Under the pieces are notes generated by a model. That model was not told where the DNA came from and ran no database searches. It worked only from the letters and a program-made list of their open reading frames with translations. Position numbers and translations under genes: made by a program. This document shows positions 1-12,876 of a stretch of 64,000 bases of DNA, one piece after another. Source of the DNA: Carcharhinus amblyrhynchos. Lineage: Eukaryota. Every line of letters begins with the position of its first letter. The stretch's first letter is position 1. The stretch spans positions 68,324,001-68,388,000 of the forward strand of contig OZ336878.1 of the NCBI GenBank assembly GCA_965287045.1, read 5' to 3'.

Positions 1-140
1 CCATATCAATTGTTGTAAAAACCCATCTGGTTCACTAATGTACTTTAGGGAAGGAAATCTGTCATCTTTATCAGGTCTGGACTCCAGACCCTCAGCAATG
101 GGGTTGAATTGAAATGCCCTCAGGGACAATGAATGAATAA
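1..140 (+). mobile_element. 3' fragment of a tRNA-derived SINE (same family as 27618-27977)
   Basis: Shares aaaacccatctggttcactaatg...ggaaggaaatctg...cagcaatg with the fuller copy at 27618-27977. Confidence 0.75.
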
Positions 141-149
141 GAAGAGCTA

Positions 150-903
150 CCCTTGGTGACATCATTTAAAGGCACAGCACCAGTTTTCACATGTTCACTG
201 ATGCCACCCAGTTCTCCCTCATCATTACTTCTCTTGACTCCTCGATTGTTGCTAAATGATCAGGCTGCTTATCTGATGTCCAGTACTGAATAAGCAGAAG
301 TCTCCTCCAATTAAATACATATTAATTAAATATATAAACAACGGAGCCATTATTTTCAACGGAGCCCTGTTCCAATGCCATTCCCTAGTTATTGAGTCTA
401 TTCCTCTCCCTGGCAGCAGTCTGAGATTGTCAGTCTGGTCACAATGTTGTCACATTTGACTCTGTGATGAGCTTATGACCTCATTCACACCATCACTAAG
501 ACTGCCTATTCTATTACATTGCTCGACTTTGCCTCTCTTCATGCTCATCTGTTGCCGGCCTTTACTACCTCTAGGCTTGACTATTTTAACTCAATCCTGG
601 TTGATCTCCATTCCATCCTCCATAAACCTGAGGCCATCCAAAAATCCAAAGCTGCTTTGTTTTAACTCACGGTGAGTCCTGTTCCTCCAGCACTCTTGTG
701 CTCACTTACTGGTTCCCAGTCAAACAATGGTTTCCCTTCCTAGCTCTGCAATTTCCTCCAATCCCATTTTTTAGCTCTTTGACCCAGCTTCTGGTCATTT
801 GATGTAAAGTCTCCTTATGTGGTTCAGCGACATACTTTATTTTATAATGCTCCTGTGAAATGCCTTGGGACATTTCATTAGGTTAAGATTGCTATATAGA
901 TAC
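150..903 (+). mobile_element. Degenerate L2-type LINE 3' fragment
   Basis: cacatgttcactgatgccacccag translates HMFTDATQ, resembling the HMYADDTQ RT motif. Ends in an L2-like tail (ctgtgaaatgccttgggacattt...gctatatagatacaag). Confidence 0.65.
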
Positions 904-906
904 AAG

Positions 907-1962
907 GGGCTCAAGTCTACCATCACGTCATGCCCATTTCTGGGCAGGAAAGCTTGGTAAAGTTGGGCATGAGGTGATTAACGCAATCCTCACCTGCCTC
1001 TATGCTGGTTGCCTTCTTTCCAAGGCCAGAAAATGGCTGCAATCAGGATTGCACCCAGAAAGGGCATGATGGCCATTTAAATGCATTTGCATGAATTTAA
1101 ATTGGCTTAATGGGCTGCCCACCTAACTTTATCAGCACTTCTCCCTTTACCACTGCATTCACCAGTCCAGAATCGGTGCGAAACAGACATTCTTCACAAA
1201 AGTCCACTTCGGGCACTTCAGCTGGTGAGGAAGTGCTGAGTATCCAATGGCTCTCTGCTCAAGATTGGTGGGGAGGTGGGGGATGGTCCGATGGCTCTCT
1301 GCTCGAGATCGGTGGGGGGGGTGTGGGGAATGGATCCAACGGCTGTCTGCTTAAGATCAGTGGGGGGGAGGGGTCGTGAAGGGGACATCCGCTATCACTC
1401 TGCCTGAGATCAGTGTGGAGGAAGGGAGGTCCACTGCCACTCTAACTGCATCAGTGTGGAGGAAGGGGGGTCCACTGCCACTCTGCCTGAGATCAGTGTG
1501 GGGGAAGGGGGGATCCGCTGCTACTCTGTCTGTGATCAGTGAGGGAGAAGCGGGGGGAGGGGGGAGGTCTGCTGTCACTCTACCTGAGATCAGTGGGGGA
1601 AAGGGGAAGGGGCCTGCAATCAGTCTGGGTGGCGGAGGGGGTGGGAGGGAAATATTGTGGGGGTTGGGCAATATCTGTGGGGGCTAGGCGGAGGCATTAT
1701 CCAGCCGGGAGCAATGTGGTAGGGGAGCCACATTCTATCAATTGTTTTCTGCACATGCGCAGTTGGAAATGGTGATCGGAGCTGCAGGGATTCAGGCATG
1801 TTAAGCCCCACCCTCAGGCTTGTGCAGCACGATTCAGACTTGAATATTTTTTCAGGCATAGTGTGTATGGGGGTCTTGAGAACGGGTCTAAAAGTTGGAT
1901 CTGAAACACTCCCAGTTTCAAGTCTGCCCAGCACTTAGAATCAAAATGGTAAAATAGGGCCC
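907..1962 (+). mobile_element. Non-autonomous PIF/Harbinger-type DNA transposon with internal G-rich tandem array
   Basis: Imperfect TIRs gggctcaagtctaccat / atggtaaaatagggccc. 3-bp TSD AAG at 904-906 and 1963-1965. Homologous, in opposite orientation, to 23462-24220. Confidence 0.8.
1240..1660 (+). repeat. G-rich ~40-bp minisatellite inside the MITE
   Basis: Repeated unit like gagatcagtgtgggggaaggggggtccactgccactctgcct, roughly ten degenerate copies. Confidence 0.8.
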
Positions 1963-2423
1963 AAGGTGTTGGCTTTGTTGCCAATTGGTGTGCTGTCTAA
2001 AAGAGCAACCACAAAGCCTACATATTGAGAAGCCAGATTTCAAAACCAAAATAGCTTCTACTGTATGCCAAGAACTAACTGGGTAAGATTCTGTCCATGG
2101 TGTCTCTTTTCCTTTCCAGCCATCATGAATACCTCTATCTGGGAAAACCTGGCAGCCCTCTCCTTTGCCTGTTGCTTTGTTTGCTGTACTTTTCTTCTGT
2201 AGCAGCTTTTGTAAAATGCATGCAGCTCTCCTCTAGGAGTAGTAGGTGCCTTTAAGAGACCCTGCCTAGCTCAGCATCGTGCTAACCACACATGTTGTTG
2301 GGCCCCCTGTTGAACAAGTAGCCAGTGAGCGGTGCACACTGCACACTGAATCATCTTAATAATAAGACAGCACAAAGTTTGTGTGCTGCTTGCCTCAGCA
2401 AAACCAGGTGTTGGATAATAGCA

Positions 2424-2754
2424 CATAGAATCATAGAATCACTACAGTGCAGAAGGAGGCCATTTGGCCCATCAAGAATGCACCAACAACAATCCGACCC
2501 AAGCCTAATCCCCATAACCCTATGTATTTACCCTTGCTAGCACCCCACCTCGACATTAAGGGGCAATTTAACATGGCCAATCTACCTAACCCACACATCT
2601 TTAGACTATGGGAGGAAACTAGAGCACCCAGAGGAAATCCATGCAGACATGGGGAGAATATGCAAACTCCACACAGTGAACAAAGCTGAGAATCAAATCC
2701 AGGTCCCTGGCTCTGTAAGGTAGCAGTGCTAACCATTGTGCCACTGTGCCACCC
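2424..2754 (-). mobile_element. HE1-type tRNA-derived SINE
   Basis: Minus strand has the head ggcacagtggcacaatggttagcact, the V-domain tttcctcccatagtctaaagatg and a CR1-like tail ending (gattctat)n. Confidence 0.85.
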
Positions 2755-3619
2755 CAAACATAACAATTCCCATCCCCAAATTTGGCTTTATCCAATATTT
2801 CCCCTAAGGGTTTTCATCCCTGGTGTCTTGATTCAAATGGATTTCTATTTGATGGGGATGAAAATTTTCTTTTTTCTATGTAGCAGTGGTTAAGGGTACA
2901 CATTCATATTAAATAGATATGGAATGACTGGCAATATTCTACGAATGCCATAGGAGGTTCCCTTCTGGGGATGAATTGAGACACGTTGTTAGGGCAGTAA
3001 AGAATAAGATAAGAATGTTTCTGAATAGGCATGGAAAGCACTTTTTCCCTCAATTTGAAAATCAGAGTATTTACAAAAGATTAAGCAAATAGGAGAATAT
3101 TTTTGAGACAAACTGATATTGATTTCTGTCATAATGGCAGAACTATAATATTTTACAGTACATTCTGACAGTTATTGCATAATTCACCACTGTGAAACAC
3201 ATTCTAATAGTTGCACCATTTTGGTACAGTTTTATAGACAGCACCTTCTAATGACTAATAATCGCATGAATTGTGGATTTAACTATGTGAATGGGTAATA
3301 TAAACAGAAAGAGTGTAATAAAGAAATTTTTTACATGCCAGGGTTTAATTTATTTTAATTGATACGTATCAAACAGAAGCAAAGCTCACCTACATTACCT
3401 ACATGAATGGCTTCCTTTTCTATAGCCATGAACCAACACCAGTAGGACACCCTTGAGTATGCTATTCTATATATAATTCCTTTAATTTTTATCAAATTGG
3501 CTAATATTTAGAAAAATGGTACTTAGGAGCAGGAGTCTTTGAGCCTACTATGCCATTCAATAATATTTGTAATATATATAATGATTGCTCTAGTAAAATA
3601 AATTTGTAACTACAAATAC

Positions 3620-4305
3620 ATGAATTGGGAGTAACAGTAAGCCATTTGGCCCCTCGAACCTGCTCCATCATTCAATAAGATCATGGCTAATCTGACTGTG
3701 GAATCAACTCCATATTCTGCCTACCCCAATAACCTTTGATTCCCTTGTTAATCAAGAATCTATCTACCTCTACCTTAAAAATATTCAATGGCCCTGCTCC
3801 CTTCACTCTCTGGACAAGAAAGTTCAATCCATTCATGATCATCAGACAAAAAAATAATCTAATCTCTATCTTAAATAGAAGTTCTCTTATTTTTAAACTG
3901 TGTTCCCCAGTTTCTCCCACAAATGGAAACATCCTTTCAGTGTCCATCCAGTCAAGTCACCTCAGGATTTTGTATGTTTCCTTAAGATCATGTCTAATTC
4001 TTCTAAACTCCAATACATACGGGTCTAGCCTGTCCAATCTTTCATTGTAAGGTAACCCCAGCCCACTACAATCCCAGATATCACTGAAGTGAATCTTCTC
4101 TAACATGTTCCTAACATGTTTATATCCTTTCTTAAGTAGAAGACCAAAACAATACAGAGGTTTCCAGATGTGGTCTCACCAACACTCTGTACAGCTGTAA
4201 CATCCCAATTTTTATATTTCATTTCTCAAGCAATAAACAACATTCCATTTGCCTTCCAAACCACTTGTCCTATCTGCATAATAACTATCTGTGATCCAAG
4301 TACCA
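3620..4305 (-). mobile_element. Old CR1 LINE 3' fragment
   Basis: ORF 3687-3947 resembles the CR1 ORF2 C-terminus (LNIFKVEVDRFLINKGIKGY). CR1 3' UTR (agccatgatcttattgaatg) is present. Confidence 0.85.
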
Positions 4306-4531
4306 ACAGATGGAAAACTACAACATACCCCACATTAATCTTTGCTTAATTCAATACTTCCAATGTCAATTTTAAGACATGTTTTCATTCTATTTAGACC
4401 CAGGTAGGTGTTATTTTTAAAGTAGAGGAACGCTGGAAGTGATTTTACACAGAGCGATGGGGATTATTATAAAGCAGTAATAGGTAGCGAAAAGATAAAT
4501 CAGTAATGGTTGAAAACATTAAGGCTAAATT

Positions 4532-4643
4532 AAAACTGAAGATACTGGCAATACTAAGCAATTCTGATGAAAAGGCTTTATGCACAAACTGAATCTTTCC
4601 ATGTATTGAGAGACCTGCTCTTTATTCAAACATCTTCTGTTTT
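4532..4643. mobile_element. Short Penelope-like-derived remnant with inverted ends
   Basis: Inverted ends aaaactgaagat ... catcttctgtttt, with an internal ctgatgaa hammerhead-like core. Confidence 0.45.
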
Positions 4644-5884
4644 TATATTGGGCTGGGACAATAAATTGAGAACAAAGTTTTAAACTATCCATTGATTAGG
4701 TTACAAGTTTGAAGTGACATTATGATACTTGCTCCTTTTACATTAGTGATGTTCAGCTATAACATTGTCTAACAGTGTGATACAAACAGCTAAATGCTAC
4801 ACTTTAAGATTAGCAATTATGCATATATAGCAAATTTATCAGGAAATGATATGATTATGATTAATACATATTACATAGGTTTAATTGAAACATTATAGGA
4901 CATCTTGCACTACTCATTTCATCTACATATCCCCATAAAAGCAAAATACTCAGTAGTAAGTTATTGTCACACTTGCATAATGGAGTTCATAATGAAATGT
5001 GTTAATACTGTGTAACATTAGTCTAACATTATGATACTCTTATGGAGATGAATAATGGGAGGTTGCAGGAAGGTTATTTTCCAGTTCTTGTCAGTGCTTC
5101 AGCCATTCATTTTGTCATTTGAGTTGGTAGCATAGAGATTAAAAAGATAGGCTGGAGTCCAGGGCTGTCTTCAAAATACCAGCCTCAGCTGAAATAATTG
5201 TCAATCTAGCCTGGTGACTTAATCCGTTGTAGCAGAACCTCAAAGATTAAAAATCTGACTGTCTCACTTTGTAGAAACTATGCCAATTTAAATCACTGGG
5301 CTTTAGATAAGTGTGGGTATTATGCAAGAATATATCCAGTGCAGCAGGAGGACTAAACGGAAAAATGTATCCTGTGGGAAAAGGCATCATGTTTCTTTGC
5401 CTCTTCAAAGCAGGCGATGAGCTTCATGCTCCTGCTGTCCTCTGAAATTATTTCTACTTGGATTAGCAGTGAACGAAAAAGCTCTGCCCAGTTTTTACCT
5501 TGACTGTGAACTTGTTAAAATGCTGCTGGAGCTCAATGGGATTATCTGGTAAACAACATCAGTTCAGGAAAAGTTTATGTTAATACAATGCCTCTGCAAA
5601 TAATCCTTTCTTCTACAAAACAAGACATATACGATCTTTGATAGATTCCTGACATACATTGATTGTATAATGCTCCTTTTTGCTGATGCATAGCTGTATA
5701 AATATAAATCTTTCTTTTTTGTCCTGAAAAATCAATAGTTTTTTTTCCCCTCGTTTCAGAAATTTTCTTGTATATAGGTTGCTGCATTTCCTCTCCACTC
5801 AAGAATACTTTGGAAAGTACATTGAAGTTACATCCATCATTATTTTATGACAGATCTTGATTATAGTATTATTGGTCCAATGGA

Positions 5885-6195
5885 ACCACTCTCATATGAG
5901 TCAGATGTTTATGAGTTTAAGTCCTACTCCAAAGATATGAACACATACAGTGGCAACACTTCAATGCAGCACTGGGGGAGTGTTGCACCATTGAAATTAC
6001 CATCCTTCAACTGAAACACTAAACTGTCCCCTCAGTTGAACGGAAAAGATCCCATGGTGTTATACAAAGAAGAACAGAGGCGTTCACCCAGTGCCTGACA
6101 ATAATTACCCCTCAGTCAAATTCAGTAAAAAAATTAGCTGGTCATCATCAGATGCTACATTAGGTTTTTGCTGTGTGCAAATTGGTTGCCATATG
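5885..6195 (+). mobile_element. SacSINE/Deu-domain SINE
   Basis: Motifs aaagatcccatgg, gaagaacagag and gctgtgtgcaaattggttgcc are typical of Deu-domain SINEs. Similar copy at 22485-23030. Confidence 0.7.
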
Positions 6196-6434
6196 TGCTA
6201 AGTCTTTCTTTAGCAGATTATTTTAAGCTCATTGAAAGAATGGTATTCTTGGAGGAAAAAACACCATATTTTAGTTTGAACTTGGGTCCCTCAGATATTG
6301 GTGTACAAGTGCTTAACACATTTGTACGGAGTTTGTGGAGTGAAGGCATTCAAATGTTAATTACATTTAGAAACCTTGGATATATCGACCTCCGTTCATC
6401 TGCACATAAAGATGGAACACAAAGCTAAATTTTA

Positions 6435-6669
6435 GGATGGGATTTTCCACACATCACCCTTCCCACCCCACCCAACCCAAACTCCACCACCATCACCCCT
6501 GTGGTGTATTTCCTAATGGCGGAGGCAATTTGCCATTAGCTGCTGATAAATCTTCCATCCCATCAATGTCAACAGCGTTTTGTGTGGCTTGTCTGTTCTG
6601 TCACCAGGGAACATGCTATGGGGGGAACTGAAAGATCCCACTGGTAAGCAGGACTGGAAAATCCCACCC
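6435..6669. mobile_element. Harbinger-type MITE
   Basis: TIRs ggatgggattttcc / ggaaaatcccaccc. TSD TTA at 6432-6434 and 6670-6672. Confidence 0.75.
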
Positions 6670-7399
6670 TTAGCACACAAACCAGCTGATCCCATCAATA
6701 AAAAGAAAATTGTGAATTCCAATTACAAAAATGACATAGTTTTTGAGCGCTTTTCCAGTAACTTCTAAAATGAAAAATTACTGGAAAGTCGAGGAGAGTG
6801 GAATGTCCTGATTAAAGGCCTTTCCCTGACCCAGATTGTTTACTGAATAGAAAAGCATTCTGGTTGCTGTGGTGCTCTGACTGAAGTTCATTTGTCTATT
6901 ATTTAAGTGTTTTAAAAATAATTCTGTTGAGAGGTCATTGAATTGTTCCTGTTTAATGTGTACTTTGATCATACAATGTTGCACAGATTTGGAATTTACT
7001 ACGTGCAGAAAGAGAGACTACAGTGGTATAAATTTTAAACTTTATACACGCTGTGAACTTGAGAATCCATAGCTAGCCAGTTGTAAACTTGGCAGGTCAC
7101 ACGCTATGATGCTGACACAAACTTTAATGTTATAGTAACAAAATAAATCAAATTATCAAACATAATTTTATAACTGTAATACAAACCCTATTCATCTAAA
7201 ATACTTATGGGGTAAAATCTCACCAAAAGATGGCAGAGTGTTAGTTCCAATGTGAAAAATGAAGTATTTCTTGCTGATAGCGCCAGCATGATTTCAGACC
7301 GAGTCTTAGGCTTTCAGAGTGAAAATATTTATACCCACGAGAATCACAGTGCACTTGTGGCGTGTTCTCTCTGAATCAACTGCCCAGCAATAACTTAAT

Positions 7400-8323
7400 A
7401 AGATTGGTGGAAAGGCAAATTGTGCGGAGGGTGTGGAGAGTCTATAGAAGGATCTAGATAGGCTGGGCGAATGGGCCAGGAACTGGCAAATGGAATTTAA
7501 TGTTGGCAAGAGCGAGGTGGTCCACTTTGGTAGGAATAATGGTAGGAAGGATTATTACTTACGTGGAGAAAAACTGCAGCAGGCGACGGTGCAGAGGGAC
7601 CTCGGGGTCCTTGTGCATGAGTCGCAAAAACCCAGCTTGCAGGTGCAGCAGGTGGTCAGGAAGGCGAATGGGATGCTGGCCTTCATAGCGAGGGGGATTG
7701 AATATAAAAGTAGGGAGGTCTTGCTGCGGCTATATAGGGCATTGGTGAGGCCGCAGCTGCAGTACTGTGTGCAGTTTTGGGCACCGTACTTACGCAAGGA
7801 TATTTCGGCCTTGGAGGGAGTGCAGAGGAGGTTTACTAGGCTGATGCCAGAGTTGAGGGGGTTGAGCTATGAGGAGAGGCTGAATAAACTAGGCTTGTAC
7901 TCGTTAGAGTTTAGAAGAATGAGGGGAGATCTCATTGAGACGTATAAGATGATGAATGGGATGGATAGGATAGAGGTGGAGAGACTCTTCCCGCTCAGAA
8001 AGGACAGTAGGACTAGGGGGCACAGCCTCAAGATAAAGGGGGGGTGGTTTAGAACGGAGTTGAGGAAGAACTTCTTCACTCAAAGGGTGGTGAATCTCTG
8101 GAATTCTCTGCCCGTTGAAGTGGTGGAGGCTACCTCGCTAAATATTTTTAAGACGCAGGTTGATGGGTTTTTGATAAGAAAGGGGATTAAGGGTTATGGG
8201 GAGAGGGCGGGAATGTGGAACTGAACCACGACAGATCAGCCATGATCTTATTGAATGGCGGGGCAGGCTCGAAGGGCCAGATGGCCTACTCCTGCTCCTA
8301 TTTCTTATGTTCTTATGTTCTTA
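7400..8323 (+). mobile_element. Young 5'-truncated CR1 LINE (ORF2 C-terminal 244 aa open)
   Basis: ORF 7490-8224 is a CR1 ORF2 C-terminus. 3' tail (ttcttatg)n. Near-identical to 30634-31917, 44920-45888 and 57806-58348. Confidence 0.95.
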
Positions 8324-8798
8324 ATTGCTGTAATCATTGGGGAGCTCCATAAAGATGGTTCCCCAGCGTTTGATCCATTTCAGTTGTTGCAGAGGTTGGC
8401 AGCCAGGAAGGCTACACCTCACTTTTCAGAGACAGCCCTCACCAGGATGCTGGATGGAGCAGAGCAGACATGGGGTGCACACTACCCCGGCTGCTGGAGC
8501 TGCGAATGTGAGCATCAGGTCCAGGTGGTCTCAATGACTCTTTAGTGGCTATGTTGTAGGATACCCCCTGACCAGTCCAGGCACCTGAACCACATCTTCA
8601 AGAGGCCAACTGCCTGCTCGACCAGCACATGCATTACAATGTGAACCTTGTAATAATGAGTCTCTGCAGGTGTTTGTGGCCTCCGCACTGGCATCATCAG
8701 ACATCTTCTGAGTGGATACCTCATGTCCCCAAGAAGTCATTGCTCTCCTCAAGGGCAAGCTTGCTAAGTGCATGAAGACCATGGCTGTAGCATCTTGG

Positions 8799-9068
8799 CG
8801 GTGCAGGATTTAGACTTGGTGAGGCCCCAAGCTATATAAAGCTTATTAAAAAGTTACACCAAAAGGTCTCATAAAGATGCGTACCAAAACAGGACGTTGG
8901 GTCGCCACAAAAAAATTGAAAACATAATTATACCTTTTAATTATTTAATAGCAAGGAATTTAAAGTGAGAAATACAAATTAATTTCAAATCTGAAATTTC
9001 GTGAGGCCCCTACGGATTGTGAGGCCCTAAACTGTAGCTTGTTTAGCTTATACCTAAATCTGGCATTG
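8799..9068. mobile_element. hAT-type MITE, 270 bp
   Basis: Exact 8-bp TSD CATCTTGG at 8791-8798 and 9069-9076. TIRs cggtgcaggatttag / ctaaatctggcattg. Subterminal gtgaggccc motifs. Confidence 0.85.
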
Positions 9069-11469
9069 CATCTTGGCTTGCTTGATCCCAATCTAAGTTG
9101 ATATATATGTGAGCCCTCACACAGGGCATTTATAGCTTCCTAGATGCATTTGTGTGTGGCTGACTGGGAGATGCCACACAGGTCACCCATGTTACCCTGG
9201 AGTGAGCCATTCACAGAGAAATTCACAGCAGTGGGTGTCCTCCCATTCCATGTGGTGCCAGCTCTTGCAGGATCTGGTAGAAGTAATCCACTGTCCCCGG
9301 AACAGATTTAGCCTTCAATGGCACTGAATCTCTAACATCTGCAGATATGATGACCAATATCAGAAAACCCTCGGCCGGCTCCACATATCTGCAGTGCTGC
9401 TCCCAGAATGGTGACAGTCCCAGCCTCTCCCTCCTCTGCAGGGCTCTGGACCTGGATATGTGCCGCGGCATGTTGGTATCTCTGCCACTGCCCTATGTCT
9501 ATAACTAGAATACCCAATTCAACAGGCTCCATGATCCTCCAGACCATGCACTGTAAAGAAGAGAAAACCAAAGTAAGTTAGAAGGACTCATGAGAAAGTA
9601 CTGACCCTCCTCCCTCGATTCCTCTGGGACTACCATCCAATCGCTGCACACTCAGTAGCTGCCTCAATGTCATCCCTCACACCCTTCACATCTCCACATT
9701 GGTCTCTGTCAACTCCAGCAGGATGCAATACGTGGACCCTCCAAGGGTCTCATTCCCTCTCCCACCACTACCAACGCCCCCCTCCCCCATGTCAAAGGAA
9801 CCTGCATTCACGATAGAGGGCAGTGACCAGTGTTTGCATCCCCTGAAAGGGGACTCTCCAATGCACCTTGTCATGACCCCAATAAACATCACCATCACAC
9901 CTTGCACAGAGGTTCACATCATATCTGTATGATGTTGCAGCCTTTCTGAGAATGGCAGCTCAAAGCTTGGGACATACTCTTGCAAAGAGTTAAAAGGTGG
10001 CTTCTGCTAAAAGGCTGTACTGTTTGGCTGCACAGCACGTTTTGGCATGGTCGCTAGTAAGGGGAGGCCAGGGTGGCTGTTCAGCCAAATGCCTGCCTCT
10101 TGTGGCAGACAAGGCAAAGCTGAATCGTGAAGCCAGCAATTAGCACGTCCAGCTCATTCATAGAGTGCATCCTATTTGTCCCAGTTTACGAGGTGCAGAA
10201 CTGAGCAGCCTTCCATGACCCATTGAGATCTACCATTACAGGCAAGCATTGGGACAATAGGTTTTGGACCGCTAGACAGCCTCTCCCCTTTGACCTCATG
10301 CTGCTGTCCAAGTGTGGGTTCCAATCACACTGCAATCACCCTCCCAAGAGTGCAAGGCTCTTTAGGTTGCATGAGGGGACTCACAGTGAATTCCTGAATC
10401 CCCCACTCTGCCCATAAAGCCTGGCCACTCATGGGACCCCACCAGGGTAATGCACAGTAGCCTTGAATGCTGAGTCTCTTGTTTTCAAACCCTTTCCACC
10501 TCTGGATACTCCCTCAGTTGCGATATGGACAGGAACCTAGGAAGGAGGACATGGGAAAGGCAGTCTGTACACAAGCCTTCACAATCCCTTTAAAACAGGG
10601 GGCGCCCTGACATGAAGGAAGGTCAGGCCTGCAAGTGACTCATGTGGACCCTCCCCCTATTAGGACAATTCTGGGACCCCACCCTCAGCCCCAAGTTGAA
10701 TTTATCTGGATCCCATGCATCCTCTTTGTCCCCCTGAGCAATGCACACTACAGGGAATGCTGGCTGTAAGCGCTTACCTCTGAAATCCGCCTCCAAGGTG
10801 AAGGTGCCAGGTTCACGCCTAGGTGAACCTGTTGTAAATGGTGCTGGCGTGGTGTCAAGATGCACCCACTGAACATTCAGTGAGTGGGGAGCAGTCTGGG
10901 AGAGAGTGCTCACTAATGACATGCTAATATATTAAAATGAGCTTCCAGGTATCCTGCAGTATGTTTCACGCTACTCCACTGACGAGGGAGTTGGAAGATT
11001 GGAATTCGGAAACTTGCCGATGCAAATCGTATCTCCTGAGTCTCTCCAGATTCTGAGCATGTGCTGCCATTCCCACAAATGGAGAGGGCGGGCTGAAAAT
11101 TACCCGCATGATTTAAAAACCATTATTCACTGATTCATCCTTATTCTTCCACATTCTCAGTCTTTTTTTACTATTCTGTCTTTGTTTCCAATTGAAGTCT
11201 TACATCTGTTTTTTTCCTATTTTTAAAAAGAAAGTTATGAATTTTTTTTGCCAAAACCATCAGTGTTCCACTATTCATTCTGGCATTGGAATTTGTATCA
11301 TTCGCAATTCAAAACCAAATCCAAAGATTAATGAGCAGTCAGTTGAGATTAAATACTGTTACACGGCTTTACCTTTTACATAAATTTACTTACAATGTGC
11401 ACAGTATTCTCTATCTAGCTCTCCCTTAACTGATCTGTGCTATTCTTCTCAAATACTCCTTTTGTTAGA

Positions 11470-12876
11470 CTATTCGGTTCCTTTATTCAAGAAAGGGGGA
11501 AGAGATAGCCCAGGAAATTATAAACCAGTGAGTCTAACCTCAGTGGTTGGTAAGTTGACGGAGAAGATCCTGAGAGGCAGGATTTATGAACATTTGGAGA
11601 GGTGTAGTACGATCAAGAATCGTCAGCACAGCTTTGTCAAAGGCAGATCATGCCTTACGAGCCTGATTGAATTTTTTGAAAATGTGCCTAAACACATTGA
11701 CAAAGGAAGAGCAGTAGATGTAGTTTATGTGGACTTCAGCAAGGCGTTTAATAAGGTGCCCCATGCAAGGCTTATTGAGAAAGTGAGGGGGCATGGGATC
11801 CAAGGGGACATTGCTTTCTGGATTCAGAACTGGCTTGCCCACAGAGGGAAAAGAGTGGTTGTAGATGGGTCTTTTTCTGCATGGAGGTTGGTCACCAGTG
11901 GAGTGCCCCAGGGATCTGTTCTGGAGCCCTTGCTCTTTGCGATTTTTATAAATGACCTGGATGAGGAAGTGGAGGGATGGGTTGGTAAGTTTGCTGATGA
12001 CACTAAGGTTGTGGATAGTGTGGAGGGATGTCAGAAGTTGCAATGAGACATCGATAGGACGCAAGACTGGGCGGAGAAGTGGCAGATGGACTTCAACCCA
12101 GGTAAGTGTGTGGTGATTCATTTTGGCAGGTCAAATAGGATGACAGATTATAATATTAAGGATAAGACTCTTAGCAGTGTGGAAGATCAGCAGGATCTTG
12201 GGATCCAGGTTCATAGGACGCTCAAAGCAGCTTCGCAGGTAAAGGCTGTGGTTAAGAAGGCGTATGGTGTACTGGCATTCATCAATCAAGGAACTGCGTT
12301 TAGGAAGCGGGAGATAATGCTGCAGCTGTATAAGACCCTGGTCAGAGCCCACTTGGAGTACTTGCTCAGTTCTAGTCACCTTATTACAGAAAAGATGTGG
12401 AAGCCTTAGAAAGGATGCAGAGGAGATTTATAAGGATTTTCCTGGATTGGGTGGCATGCCTTACGAGGATAAGTTGAGAGAATTCAGTCTTTTCTCCTTG
12501 GAGAGATGAAGGATGAGGGGTGACCTGATAGAGGTGTATGAGATGATGAGAGGTATTGATCGAGTGGATTCTCAGAGGCTTTTTCCCAGGACTGAAATGG
12601 TTGCCACAAGAGGACACAGGTTTAGGGTGCTGGGGAGTAGGTACAGAGGAGATGTCAGGGGTAGGTTTTTCACTCAGAGGATGGTGGATGTGTGGAATCA
12701 ACTGCGAGCAGTGGTGGTGGAGGCAGACTCGATAGAGTCTTTTAAGAGACTTTTGGATAAGTACATTGAACTTAGTAAGATAGAGGGTTGTAGGTAAGCC
12801 TAGCAGGTAGGGACATGTTCAGCGCAACTTGTGGGCCAAAGGGCCTGTTTGTGCTGTAGTTTTTCTATGTTTCTAT
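11470..12876 (+). mobile_element. CR1 LINE, RT to 3' end, disrupted
   Basis: ORFs carry [27 protein letters not shown] and KFADDTK. Tail ttctatgtttcta. Confidence 0.93.

Larger units (their letters stand above)
7210..11107 (-). mobile_element. Decayed PIF/Harbinger transposon (transposase on -, Myb/SANT-like ORF remnant on +), interrupted by CR1 and hAT insertions
   Basis: 8542-8724 (-) gives YPLRRCLMMPVRRPQTPAE..VEQAVGLLKMWFRCLDWSGGILQHS, a HARBI1-like DDE C-terminus. ~9140-9225 (-) gives GSLQGNMGDLCGISQSATHKCI. ~8400-8490 (+) gives ARKATPHFSETALTRMLD, Myb-like. The outer ends (gggtaaaatctca / tgaaaattacccgc, ATG on both flanks) are tentative. Confidence 0.7.

Noticed and set aside
1110-1934. 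Gly/Pro-rich overlapping ORFs; spaced repeats superficially like a CRISPR array
   Set aside because: These are translations of a degenerate minisatellite inside a MITE. There are no unique spacers and no cas genes.
5499-5545. Possible 47-nt minus-strand exon (DNPIELQQHFNKFTVK)
   Set aside because: Splice-like ends, but no recognisable protein and no partner exons.
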